From: a virus
Lineage: Duplodnaviria; Caudoviricetes
Virus record (IMG/VR): IMGVR_UViG_2936984999_000001
Span: 1 to 64,000 of that record
Reading direction: 5' to 3' (one strand)
Length of the DNA stretch: 64,000 nucleotides
Positions 38,441-49,001 of this stretch are shown piece after piece (the first letter of the stretch is position 1; each line of letters begins with the position of its first letter). The notes below the pieces were generated by a model, which saw nothing but the letters and a program-made list of their open reading frames with translations, searched no databases and had not been told where the DNA came from. The position numbers were made by a program, and so were the translations under genes.

Positions 38441-39673
38441 ATGATAACTGTAATTGATTCTATCATGGGATCTGGTAAAACCAGTTGGGCAATTCAACAC
38501 GTTAATGAAGCTGATTACTGTAATGACCGTTTTCTTTATATAACTCCATTCTTAGATGAAGTAAAACGTATTATGGATAAAACTGATGTCGATTTCTTCC
38601 AACCACAAAACAGAGGAAAGGGCAAATTAAATAATATCAATATGTTATTTCAGAAAGGTTCTAATATTGCTTCTACCCACGAACTATTTAAGAATTTTGA
38701 TGAAAATACTCGATCTAACATAAGAGAAATTTCACAAACACTTAATTACACTCTTATTCTTGATGAGGTATTAAATGTAATTGAACCTTATACAGAATTA
38801 AAACAAGGTGATTTACGAATTCTTAAGCAAGGCGGTTGGATTACAATTGACGAAGATGGCTTTGTTATATGGAATGAAAAAGAATATAAACTGGATAGCA
38901 AATATAACGACATTAAACAATTAGCAATCACAAAATCACTGCTATGTATTAATGACACTATTCTTCTTTGGAGATATCCACCAGAAATTTTTTCTTATTT
39001 TAAAAATATTTATATTCTTACATATATGTTTGATGCAAGTATTTTAAAATATTATTTTGATGTATATCATATCGACTATACAGTAAAAAGTATTATACTT
39101 GAAAATGGATTTTATAAAATTGTAGATTATTATAAACCAGATACAACTAAATATCAGGATCTCATTAATATTTACGAAGGTAAACTTAATGAAAATATTC
39201 CATGTAAACTTACATCATTTTCAAGTAGCTGGTTTGATACTGCAAATAAAAATTATACAGATAAATTAAAAAATAACATTTACAATTATTTTACAAATAT
39301 TATTAATTCTTCATCAAAAGATATTATGTGGACTTGTTTTAAGAAAGCAAAAAACAAACTAAAAGGTAAGGGATATACAAAGCAGTTTGTTCCATGTAAT
39401 TGTAGATCAACAAATGATTATAATGAAAAATCTACATTAGTTTATTGTTGCAATATCTTTTTTCATCCAGGAATAACTAACTTCTTTTCAAAACACAATT
39501 TAACATTAAATGCAAATAAATATGCTTTATCAGAAATGATTCAATGGATTTGGAGAAGTAAAATAAGAAATGATGAAAAAATTAATATTTACATTCCTTC
39601 TGTCCGTATGAGAATGCTTCTCAAAGAATGGTTAAAATTAGATGATGAGAAAATTAATGAAAAAAGTTTTTAG
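38441..39673 (+). CDS. SF2-like helicase/ATPase (possible origin-binding protein)
   Basis: Walker A MGSGKT, Walker B LILDEV, motif VI-like QWIWRSKIR. Confidence 0.7.
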   Translation: MITVIDSIMGSGKTSWAIQHVNEADYCNDRFLYITPFLDEVKRIMDKTDVDFFQPQNRGKGKLNNINMLFQKGSNIASTHELFKNFDENTRSNIREISQTLNYTLILDEVLNVIEPYTELKQGDLRILKQGGWITIDEDGFVIWNEKEYKLDSKYNDIKQLAITKSLLCINDTILLWRYPPEIFSYFKNIYILTYMFDASILKYYFDVYHIDYTVKSIILENGFYKIVDYYKPDTTKYQDLINIYEGKLNENIPCKLTSFSSSWFDTANKNYTDKLKNNIYNYFTNIINSSSKDIMWTCFKKAKNKLKGKGYTKQFVPCNCRSTNDYNEKSTLVYCCNIFFHPGITNFFSKHNLTLNANKYALSEMIQWIWRSKIRNDEKINIYIPSVRMRMLLKEWLKLDDEKINEKSF

Positions 39674-39839
39674 GAAGTCAAACTTCCTAAAATTGAAAAA
39701 TTAGGGCTTTCGATGCCAATAAAATAAAGGGATCTCAATTTTAATTCCTTAAAAGACAAAATAAAAAAATTTATAAAAAGAGCTATATAAAAATAAAACC
39801 AATTTTATACAATCAAACCAATTTCGAACGAACAATTTT

Positions 39840-40069
39840 GAAGCGTTAGCGAAAAATTGTGAAGTGATTCCAAATGAACGAAGCTTTAGCGAAGTGAATG
39901 CGGTTAAGCACTGTCGGAACGACAGGATAGTTAGTTTGAAATATTGATTATAAATATTTATTATAAAATTTTGATTATACTTTACTGGTGTTCCACCAGA
40001 GGCTGCCGCACTCACTTCGCTTACGCTACGTTCATTTGTCATCACTACGCTATATGTTCGCTACGCTTC
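39840..40069. repeat. Long imperfect inverted repeat (arms ~64 bp)
   Basis: 39840-39903 is complementary to 40006-40069 (caaatgaacg..agcgaagtgaatgcgg / ccgcactcacttcgct..cgttcatttg). Confidence 0.85.
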
Positions 40070-40364
40070 ACATCTAGCTTCGTTCTAATTGATTTTGTTA
40101 TTTACTATTATTATCATTATTTATTACTCATTATCTATTCAGATAAATAAATTCCAATATAACTTATAACTAAATAGAGAAGAAATTAATAGTCAGGTGT
40201 GAAATAACACATTTGCAATTTTTGTGAATAAAGATTTTTCTATTAAGAAGAATTTTATATGACCTACTACCCTTCAACCCTTCACATTTAGTAGGTTATG
40301 TAACTTATCAACCTCGCACAGAAAGGATTAATACTAATTATGTTAAAAGGAGTACATACTAAAT

Positions 40365-40664
40365 ATGAATACAGAAGTAAACACAGACAACGTTGCACTT
40401 ACACAGAGATTATCATCTAAGACTACTAAAAATTATTATACAGGTGGTACATTTCCTGCTATACCATCTCGTGAAGAATTTCATCGCTATGCATCAAATA
40501 TATTAAATTTATATGCCTTTGAGACTGATTATCCTCCATTTCCTAGTTGTAATATTAATGCTGCAGCTTCTTCTATTGGATGGACAAAGAGTAATAATAA
40601 GAATAAGGGAAATAAATATAAATTTAAATCAACTAAAAATTCTACTAAGAAAGATCATCAATAA
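40365..40664 (+). CDS. Hypothetical protein
   Basis: 99 aa, AAAGGAG RBS. Confidence 0.6.
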   Translation: MNTEVNTDNVALTQRLSSKTTKNYYTGGTFPAIPSREEFHRYASNILNLYAFETDYPPFPSCNINAAASSIGWTKSNNKNKGNKYKFKSTKNSTKKDHQ

Positions 40665-40670
40665 TGTAAG

Positions 40671-43600
40671 GTGGTGATTATCATTAGTGAGTTTGGAATT
40701 AAAATTAAAAATATCAGTGCCGGTACATTATATGATGTTAATTTAGGTACAAGAGATTATTTCTCATATACTGAAGCAATGCTTAATAATAGTTTATTCT
40801 CTGCTTTTCTTATAAAGAATGGTCTTAATGTATATAAAGGTGAATCTACTAGAGATATTATTTGCTTAGACTTTGACTTTGGCACAAGATCTTACGAGGA
40901 TGAGCATAAACGAATTGAGCAGTTGTATAAAAATTCTGATGGCGAATTAAAGGAACGTCTTAAATACACTTTGGAGAAAGTTGAGAATAACAAGGATCTC
41001 TATGATGAGAAAAAGCGTGAGCAAATCAGAGATAAATTCTATAACGAAGGTGTAGATGTTACTTATAAAACTAAGAATAAAGATGGCACTATTAAAAGTG
41101 AAGAAACAATTCACTATGAGATGTTGTTTCGAACCAGTGCTAAAGCAAAGCTTGGACAGGTTATCTTTATAAACTCTGAACTTTATGAAGTGGCTTACGA
41201 ATGGTTAACTATCGGACTTGGAAAACTAATGACAGATGACAATGCAAAAATTGTTGAGATGTCTGCCTATGCTCCACTTACTACATCTACCATCGTTGGA
41301 ACTAAGTATATTCCTGTAGAGGATATTCTCATTCTTAGGGACCAAGATTCATTTTTTAAGACAATGGCTAACATTGTTCGTGCAGAAGATTACATTGATT
41401 CTAAGGGTCGAATTGGTAAGAAATGTGTAGTAGATAAGAAGGTTACTGAAGTCAAGAATACACTTTGGGATGGTATGGGATTGATCGAAGCTGATTATTT
41501 TAAAGATTGCAGAAATGCTTATAATCCGGAATGGACTGTTAAAATCAACGGCATGGCTCTGATGAGACACCATTTATTTAAGATGTGTGGTTTTAAATCT
41601 CATATACAGTTATTTTTTAAAGATTGGTGTGAAAAAACAGGCAATGATTACGAAACATATCAGATTCAAGACATGTTTGGTCATTGGCATTATTTGAAAG
41701 ACATTAAGATTATCACTACTGACAATGCCATTAAATGGAAAAAATTCAAAGATTTGATGGGCGGCTCATTAGAATCTGCGTATGAGTATTGGTGTAAAAA
41801 AGTAAATGAAGATGGCAGCGTGTTCGGTGTCGTAAAAAGTGATCATCCTAGTAAGCTTGGAGAATACCAACAGCTCAGTTATCAGATGGTTAATACCCTC
41901 CCATGCACCAAAGATGATGTAAGGGATATTGCAAGCACCAGTATTGAATATGTGGAGTTACTGAAACAAGATAATGATGAGTTTGAAAAATTCTTAAGAA
42001 AAAATGCTAATGAGGTAAACCACTATGAGATGATGGCTGATTTATATGATCACAACCATGAATTTGGCAACAGTACGTTCTTCAGGCATGAGAAGTCTAA
42101 AATTATTTCCGCATATGTACATAAGCTTAGAAAAGGCAAGATTGTTGTGAACGGAGATAATTTAACTGTTTGTGGTAATCCATACGCTCTTCTACTCTAT
42201 TCTGTTGGTGAGGATTTTACAAAAGATCCTACCCTTCAACCAGAATCTGGAACTATTCAATGTTATACAACAAGATTTAAACATGATGAATTTCTATGTG
42301 CATTTCGCAATCCGCATAATTCCCCAAATAATATTTGTTATTTTCACAATGTTTACAGTGATGAAATGGAAAAATACTTTGAATTTTCTTCAAATATTGC
42401 TGCAGTGAACTGTATTTGTACTGATGTACAACCACGCTTAAATGGTTGCGATTTTGACAGTGACTTCGTTTTAGCCACAAATCAGCCTACTATGGTAAGA
42501 TGTGCAGCTTATTGCTATAAACACTACCCTACTATTGTTAATGATTTAAAAGAAAGTGGCGTGGTTTATAAAAGTAACAAATCAGAATATGCACGTATGG
42601 ATAATACATTTTCTAAATCAAGAATCGGAATTGGATATTCTAGTAATTTGGCACAGCTTGCCATGACTTATTACTGGAGTGAATTACAGGGTGATAGTCC
42701 AGATCCAAAAAGACTTGATGAGCTATCAGATAATTTCGTAATTCTTTCAGTATTGGCTTGTTATTAAATGGGCCGGTTCGGAGGAAACTTCGTTCAAAAA
42801 ATACTCAGTGAACTGCTGGAAAGCTTTTCATGCTAATCAGCAACCAAGCCGGTGAAAGCCAGTTAAAGTAACCGGAAGGCTCAGAGAACAATCATTGCAG
42901 TATGGCAACTAATAATATGGACACGAGCGCTGAGTGCCCAAACAAAATAAGATGTGGGCAAAGATATGTTCCGACACTCCGGAGAAATTCGGAGCTGCCC
43001 TGGATAAAGAGCCAGGGACATAACAGATGCAAGTAATAATCGACAGCTGCAAGAGGCTTTATGAAATTGATGGTGTTAAAGAGATTGATAGAATAAGTAA
43101 ACTTCCATGCATGTCAATGAAAAAAGAAGTAATTGATAAGAATGGGAATAAAAGAATGAAAAAGTGTGACTTCCCTGAATTTATGAAATACACAAGAGAA
43201 ATCGCTGTGACCAAGGATGGCAAAGAGCTTCCACAAGAAGATATTGAGGAATCCAAGAACAAATTAAAAGGACGAATCAATAAAGATCTTGTGTGCCCAA
43301 TGAACTGGTTACAGGAATGGTTAGATAAAATCCAGGGAGCAAGCACTAAGGTTACTACTCCTACTGAGAATTTCTTTATTAAGATGAAAGGTAAGCCTAA
43401 TAATTATCAAATTTCAAATATTATGACGTTAATTGCAGATTATGATTCTTATATAAAAAATTTGCAATTATCTTGTAGTGATACAGAAATATACTATGAT
43501 TTAATTGCTAATAAGTTTCATGAGTTATTAAATGAAATTTCAAAAATGCGAATTAGAAATGTGATTACAATAAATAGACTTATTGAAATAAGCATTGGTA

Positions 43601-43725
43601 TAAGTTCTAATAAAGGACTTACAGAGCAGAGGAAAAATAATCCTAGCAAATATGTCAAAAAAACTCTTAATATTTTATACAAATATGATAAAAATAAGTT
43701 TTTAAATAACTTTATTGGGTCTTAA
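40671..43725 (+). CDS. YonO-like single-subunit (two-barrel) DNA-dependent RNA polymerase; exons 40671-42758 and 43030-43725
   Basis: LWDGMGL, FRNPH, NGCDFDSD catalytic DxDxD loop, IG..SNLA; splicing gives SVLA|QVIIDSCK (~925 aa); SPbeta-like context. Confidence 0.82.
42759..43029 (+). ncRNA. Group I intron (271 nt, no ORF)
   Basis: P1 tggcT/Ggccg with U-G at the splice site; P3 actcagtg/cgctgagt; P aactgctggaa; Q aatcagcaacc; R cagagaaca with S aagatatgttcc (P7); terminal G; removal restores the frame. Confidence 0.9.
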
Positions 43726-44004
43726 GATTGCGAAAAAAAAATTTTTGACCTTTGATAAAGCCAATAAAAATAAGGGTTTTTCAAAGGTGCAACAATTACC
43801 ACGTATAGGGAGAATAACGTGAAAGCACAGAGTTGTGTTAGTAGGCCCTCGCGCTATTGCCGAATGCGCGTTATAAATATGGGTTCGCGAATTAAAATGT
43901 ACAAACAGCTCACAGGGGTGAGGTGAGTGTATGGGTGACCATTCACAAATTGCGACTGCAGCTGGGCTAGGCTACGTAACTGGTCCAGTTGTGGTTTAAA
44001 TTGA

Positions 44005-44078
44005 CGCAGGATAGAGAAGTTTGGTATCTCGTCAGATTCATACTCTGAAGATCGGCAGTTCAAATCTGTCTCCTGCAA
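44005..44078 (+). tRNA. tRNA-Met(CAT), initiator-like
   Basis: Cloverleaf; C1:A72 mismatch, A11-U24, anticodon arm tcaga-ttCATac-tctga. Confidence 0.85.
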
Positions 44079-44115
44079 TTACTATCCTCTTCTACGAGGA
44101 AATTTAGAATGAAAG

Positions 44116-44301
44116 GTGTGTATTGTTATTAAAACAATTACAAAGGAGGGTATTCAGACCCTTATTGATAAGAAAATCTTAAAGCCATACTCAGGTGGGT
44201 ACATGAATTTCAGAGGATACCATGTGGGGTATTATAAAACCTGTGGAAACAAGAGGTATATTGAGGATTACTATGCAGATAGAGTGGAGAAATTAAAATA
44301 A
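44116..44301 (+). CDS. Small hypothetical protein
   Basis: 61 aa ORF; the SD GAAAGGTG overlaps the annotated GTG, so the start may be ATT 44128. Confidence 0.55.
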   Translation: MCIVIKTITKEGIQTLIDKKILKPYSGGYMNFRGYHVGYYKTCGNKRYIEDYYADRVEKLK

Positions 44302-44362
44302 GAAAAATACAACTGAATATATCGCATAAGGCGAAATACTTAAAGAAAGGTGGTTATTTACC

Positions 44363-45580
44363 ATCGAAACAAAAGTAAAATTTTATGATACAAATGCTGT
44401 TTTAGCATTACAAGAAAATGTATTAGATAGCTATTTTTACATTAGCTCTACTACCCTTCAAGAACTAGAGCATATTAAAGTATCAAGAAATAAAGATGAA
44501 GAAACAAAATATAAATCACGAAAGATTTTACATATCTTAGATGAAAATACTGACAAGTACAAAGTTGTTGTAACAGACAATTCTATCCTATCTATTATTG
44601 AATCAAAAGGTCTTGAAAATTCCCCAGATAATCAGATTTGTGCATGTGCTTCTACAATTGAAAATGCTATTTTTGTTACCAATGATCTTGCATGTAAAAC
44701 AATTGCTAAATGGATTTTTGAACTAGATGTTGAAAGTGCGACTGAAAATAATTTTGATTATTATAAAGGATACCAGGAAATAAGTCTGTCAGAAGAAAAG
44801 ATGGCTTATTTTTATGAACATCTTAATGAAAATACATTAAATCTTTTGATAAACGAATATGTACTGCTTAAGGATGAGAATGGAAATGAAGTAGATACAT
44901 TAAAATGGGATGGTGAAACTTATCAGTCAATTAGATGCAAGCCATTTAAATCTAATATGTTTGGGACATTAAAACCATTAGATAATATTCAGGCATTTGC
45001 AATGGATTCAATTAACACTAATGATATTACAGTATTATACGGTAAGGCTGGTTCAGGTAAAACTACTCTTCCGCTTAATTATATTATGCAAGAAATTGAA
45101 AAGGGTAGATTTAAAAAATGCTACATTATCTATTCTTATGAGCCATTAAAAAATGCAAAGACGCTTGGATTTGAAAAAGGTGATCATCTTACAAAGCTTC
45201 TTTATTATGGTTCTATTGGAAATATTCTTGCATCAAAATTTGGTGATATGCAGCAAGTAGAATATATGGTTGAGCGTGGAATGTTAGATATTATTCCAAC
45301 TGCAAATATACGAGGTATAGAACTTGAATCAGATAGTATTTGTCTTGTAACAGAATCACAGAACTTAGATGTTTATACTTTAAAAACAATAATTCAACGT
45401 TGTAAGTCTGGGTGCAAACAGATTTATGAGGGAGATATTATTGAACAGAAAGACACTAATATTCAAAATATCGGAATGAATAGACTTATTGACGTGTTCA
45501 AAGGTAACGAAAGTTTTGGATGTGTCAAATTGAAAAATAACTATAGATCAAAGCTTAGTGAGCTTGCAGATCTTATGTAA
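44363..45580 (+). CDS. phoH: PIN-PhoH fusion protein (PhoH2-like)
   Basis: Open frame extends 146 codons upstream of the 44801 ATG: PIN motifs FYDTNA, LQELE, PDNQI, VTNDL; PhoH GKAGSGKT, IRG, ESQN, EGDIIEQ. Confidence 0.85.
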   Translation: METKVKFYDTNAVLALQENVLDSYFYISSTTLQELEHIKVSRNKDEETKYKSRKILHILDENTDKYKVVVTDNSILSIIESKGLENSPDNQICACASTIENAIFVTNDLACKTIAKWIFELDVESATENNFDYYKGYQEISLSEEKMAYFYEHLNENTLNLLINEYVLLKDENGNEVDTLKWDGETYQSIRCKPFKSNMFGTLKPLDNIQAFAMDSINTNDITVLYGKAGSGKTTLPLNYIMQEIEKGRFKKCYIIYSYEPLKNAKTLGFEKGDHLTKLLYYGSIGNILASKFGDMQQVEYMVERGMLDIIPTANIRGIELESDSICLVTESQNLDVYTLKTIIQRCKSGCKQIYEGDIIEQKDTNIQNIGMNRLIDVFKGNESFGCVKLKNNYRSKLSELADLM

Positions 45581-45613
45581 TTAAAAAGACTAAAAGGAAA
45601 GCAGGTAAAACGT

Positions 45614-46234
45614 ATGGATATTTTACCATTATCCCTTGTTGGGACAACAAAAGAAAGTGATGTTCCTACTCCAGAAGAATATACCTACTGGGAGGATCGA
45701 AAAAATAGAACATTCTATATTGATTTTGAAATTGAAGAAGATTATGCATTAATTGAACTTGCAAAAATCATTATTCAGTTAAATATTGCCGAAAAAGATA
45801 TACCAACTTCCGAACTGCAGCCGATTCGCTTATTAATACACTCTTTCGGTGGAGATCTTGAACAGGCAAACTTCTTTGCAGATTTATGTATTGCTTCGCG
45901 CATTCCAATTATTACAGTTGCTATGGGAGTAGCTATGTCAGCAGGATTTATTATTTTTCTGTCCGGACATAAGAGATATGCATTTAAACATACTCAAATG
46001 ATGGTTCATTCTGGAAATGCATCATTTTCCGGTACTGCGGAACAAATTGATTCTGCACAGAAAAATTATAAGAAACAGATTGAGGATATGAAGTCTTATG
46101 TTCTTGAGCGTACATCTATTGATGAGAAAACTTTCAATAAAAATAGATCTAAAGACTGGTATCTCACTGAGGAAGAGCTGAAAAAATATAATGTTGTTGA
46201 TGAAATTATTTCTGATATTTCAGTTATATTTTAA
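45614..46234 (+). CDS. clpP: ClpP-like protease subunit
   Basis: IHSFGGD, AMSAG (Ser), MMVH (His), KDWYL (Asp). Confidence 0.85.
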   Translation: MDILPLSLVGTTKESDVPTPEEYTYWEDRKNRTFYIDFEIEEDYALIELAKIIIQLNIAEKDIPTSELQPIRLLIHSFGGDLEQANFFADLCIASRIPIITVAMGVAMSAGFIIFLSGHKRYAFKHTQMMVHSGNASFSGTAEQIDSAQKNYKKQIEDMKSYVLERTSIDEKTFNKNRSKDWYLTEEELKKYNVVDEIISDISVIF

Positions 46235-46266
46235 AAAAATTTTATGAATAAAAGGAGAAGAAAAAA

Positions 46267-46503
46267 ATGAAGAGTTCACTTTCATTTAAACGTAATACAA
46301 CCGATAAATTATCTATTAAAGGAACACTTTCCGATGATTGTTCCACAATTACATATACAGATGAAAATGGTGACGAAAAAGAAATATTTGTTGTTGATCT
46401 TCTTAACGCCATGAAAAACCAGTATATTGAGATGACTGCTCAGATTAAAACTGAGGAAGAGTTAGATGTAATTCCTGCAGAGGATGCAGATAACGCAGAG
46501 TAG
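46267..46503 (+). CDS. YonK-like small protein
   Basis: IKGTL..DLL..IKTEEEL pattern; SPbeta-like position before a phosphoesterase. Confidence 0.5.
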   Translation: MKSSLSFKRNTTDKLSIKGTLSDDCSTITYTDENGDEKEIFVVDLLNAMKNQYIEMTAQIKTEEELDVIPAEDADNAE

Positions 46504-46513
46504 GTGATCGCCT

Positions 46514-47890
46514 ATGGATTTCGAAAAAAGAATAAGTGATTATGGAATGACACCTGAACAATACGAGGCTTCGTTTGCTGAAATAACTGCAAAAGTACAG
46601 GGAAACTCAGATAAAGATTGGACTGAAATTATTGATCAATATTCTATTCCACTATCTCGCAATACTCTTCGGAACGCTTGTAGCAATGTGTATGGCAGCG
46701 TATTCGTAAAAGAATATTTTGATGAAAAAAGAAGAAAAGAAATGGAAGTAAATAGTGAACCAATTACAGATGAACCGGCTCCTCTCTCACTTCCAAGATA
46801 TAAAGAACAGACAGACGTAAACAAAGATGGCTCTTTTACAAGTGATCGACTTATTGAGATTAATGAGGAAAACTTGAAAAATCCTGAATTTTTACTTAAC
46901 GCGCATGGTTATGACCCACTCGAATGGGAACTTGTCTCTGCAAGAAACTCTATTTGGAATCAGGGTGGAAAATCTGGTGTTAAAAATCTGTATGCAAGCA
47001 AAATCAATGTAAAACCTAGAACTGAAATTTCAATTACACTAAATAAAATAGAAGAATTTTTTAATAGACTTGATAGAAATTATTCTAAACCAAAAATATT
47101 AAAAAATAATTTTTATTTAGATGGTGATAAATTACTACTTGTTGACATTGCAGATCTTCATATGAATTTACAGGCAACATTGTTTTCCACTAATAATGAA
47201 TATAATTGTGAAATTGCAGAAAAATTATTTTTTTATGTTATTGAAGATATTTTATCTCGAACAGAAAAGTATAATTTTAAAGAAATTATTTTCTGTATTG
47301 GCGGAGATATGTTAAATGGAGATAACTTATCAGGTACCACCACTAAAGGAACACCGCAAAATAGTGATATTCATTATTATGATGCGTATGAAAAACTTTG
47401 TTCGATGGTAATAAAAGCAATTGATATATTAAAAGAAAGATGTAAAGTAAGTGTAATTTATGTAATGGGAAATCATGATGAATTAACTGGATTTAAGCTT
47501 GCAAAATATGTAGATGCTTGGTTTAGAGATGACAATAATGTAGAGGTTGATTATCAACCGCTTCCAAGAAAATACAAAGTATTTGGAAAAACATTATTCT
47601 GTTTTGCACACGATGGAGATATTAAAAAACTTCCAATGTTAATTGCAGATGAAGCAAGAGAATTTTGGTCTAAGGTTGATACTACAGAAGTGTTTTTACA
47701 ACATTTGCATACAGAACAAATTTTATTAGAAGATAATAATATAAGAATTCAAAGACTTCCAACTATTAGTGCGAAGTCTAAGTGGTCCAATGATAAAGGT
47801 TACTCTTCTAAGCGTCAATGTAAATCATTTATATTTGATTTTAATAATGGTCTGACTGATATCTTATATACCACAATTAAAAATGTATAA
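46514..47890 (+). CDS. Calcineurin-like metallophosphoesterase (YonJ-like)
   Basis: ADLH, GGD, GNHD, AHDGD, QHLH motifs. Confidence 0.85.
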   Translation: MDFEKRISDYGMTPEQYEASFAEITAKVQGNSDKDWTEIIDQYSIPLSRNTLRNACSNVYGSVFVKEYFDEKRRKEMEVNSEPITDEPAPLSLPRYKEQTDVNKDGSFTSDRLIEINEENLKNPEFLLNAHGYDPLEWELVSARNSIWNQGGKSGVKNLYASKINVKPRTEISITLNKIEEFFNRLDRNYSKPKILKNNFYLDGDKLLLVDIADLHMNLQATLFSTNNEYNCEIAEKLFFYVIEDILSRTEKYNFKEIIFCIGGDMLNGDNLSGTTTKGTPQNSDIHYYDAYEKLCSMVIKAIDILKERCKVSVIYVMGNHDELTGFKLAKYVDAWFRDDNNVEVDYQPLPRKYKVFGKTLFCFAHDGDIKKLPMLIADEAREFWSKVDTTEVFLQHLHTEQILLEDNNIRIQRLPTISAKSKWSNDKGYSSKRQCKSFIFDFNNGLTDILYTTIKNV

Positions 47891-49001
47891 ATTTTATAAA
47901 TATAGAATATATCCAAACAAAATCCAGGAAGAAGTTATTCAAAAAACTTTTGGATGTGTAAGATTTGTTTATAATCAAACTCTGTCTTACAGGAAGGAAA
48001 AATACAATAAAGATAAGGTTTCTGTTGGTAGAATTGATTGTAACAATTGGAAAAATCAATATTTAAAAAAGAAATATCCTTGGTTATCAGAAGTTGATAA
48101 ATTTGCATTAGATAATGCAGTTATAAATATGGATATGGCTTATCAACGATTTTTCAAATTAAATAAAGGTTTTCCTAGATTTAAAACAAAAAAAGATTTT
48201 AGAAAAACATACAAAACTAATTGTAATCATATTAATACACGACCAACAATTAGGCTTGATTTTGAACATAAAAAAATAAAGCTACCAAAGCTTGGATGGG
48301 TAAATGTAAAAAATCATAGAAACTTCTTGGGAATAATAAAATCTGCAGTAGTTTCTCAAAATCCATCTGGAAAATATTTTGTATCAGTTCTTATTGAAAC
48401 AGAACATCATCCATTAGATTCAACTGGATCTGTAATAGGTATTGATTTAGGCATTAAAGATTTACTTATCACTTCTGATGGAGAAAAATTCGAAAATATT
48501 CAAACCACTAAAAAATATGCGGATAAACTTGCTAAAGAACAGCGCAAATTGGCTCATAAAGTAAAAGGAAGTAGTAACTACAATAAACAAAGAATTAAAG
48601 TAGCAAGAATATATGAAAAAATCCATAATACCAGAATTGATAATTTACACAAAATTTCTCATAAATTAATTAGCGAAAACCAAGTAATAGTTTCTGAGGA
48701 TTTAAATGTAAATGATATGGTAAAAAATCATAGTCTTGCAAAATCTATATATGATTGTAGCTGGTATGAATTAACAAGACAGCTTTCTTATAAAGCTAAT
48801 TGGAATAATCGTCAATATGTTAAAGTTGATAGATATTTTCCATCAAGCCAATTGTGTCATGTATGTGGATATCAGAATAGTGATACAAAAGATTTGACCG
48901 TTCGAGATTGGATTTGTCCAAAATGTGACACACATCATGATAGAGATATTAATGCTGCTATTAATATTCGTAATGAAGGACTAAAAATTTTAAATATGTA
49001 A
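47883..49001 (+). CDS. tnpB: TnpB RNA-guided endonuclease (IS200/IS605 type), no TnpA
   Basis: YKYRIYPN..FGCVRFVYN; RuvC IGIDLG, SEDL, DRDINAA; Zn finger CHVC..CPKC. Confidence 0.95.
   Translation: MYKFYKYRIYPNKIQEEVIQKTFGCVRFVYNQTLSYRKEKYNKDKVSVGRIDCNNWKNQYLKKKYPWLSEVDKFALDNAVINMDMAYQRFFKLNKGFPRFKTKKDFRKTYKTNCNHINTRPTIRLDFEHKKIKLPKLGWVNVKNHRNFLGIIKSAVVSQNPSGKYFVSVLIETEHHPLDSTGSVIGIDLGIKDLLITSDGEKFENIQTTKKYADKLAKEQRKLAHKVKGSSNYNKQRIKVARIYEKIHNTRIDNLHKISHKLISENQVIVSEDLNVNDMVKNHSLAKSIYDCSWYELTRQLSYKANWNNRQYVKVDRYFPSSQLCHVCGYQNSDTKDLTVRDWICPKCDTHHDRDINAAINIRNEGLKILNM

Noticed and set aside
43027-43725. Independent 232-aa gene
   Set aside because: Its ATG is the last three bases of the group I intron and there is no RBS; it is exon 2 of the RNAP
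44801-45580. Stand-alone 259-aa PhoH
   Set aside because: The frame is open 146 codons upstream and encodes a PIN domain
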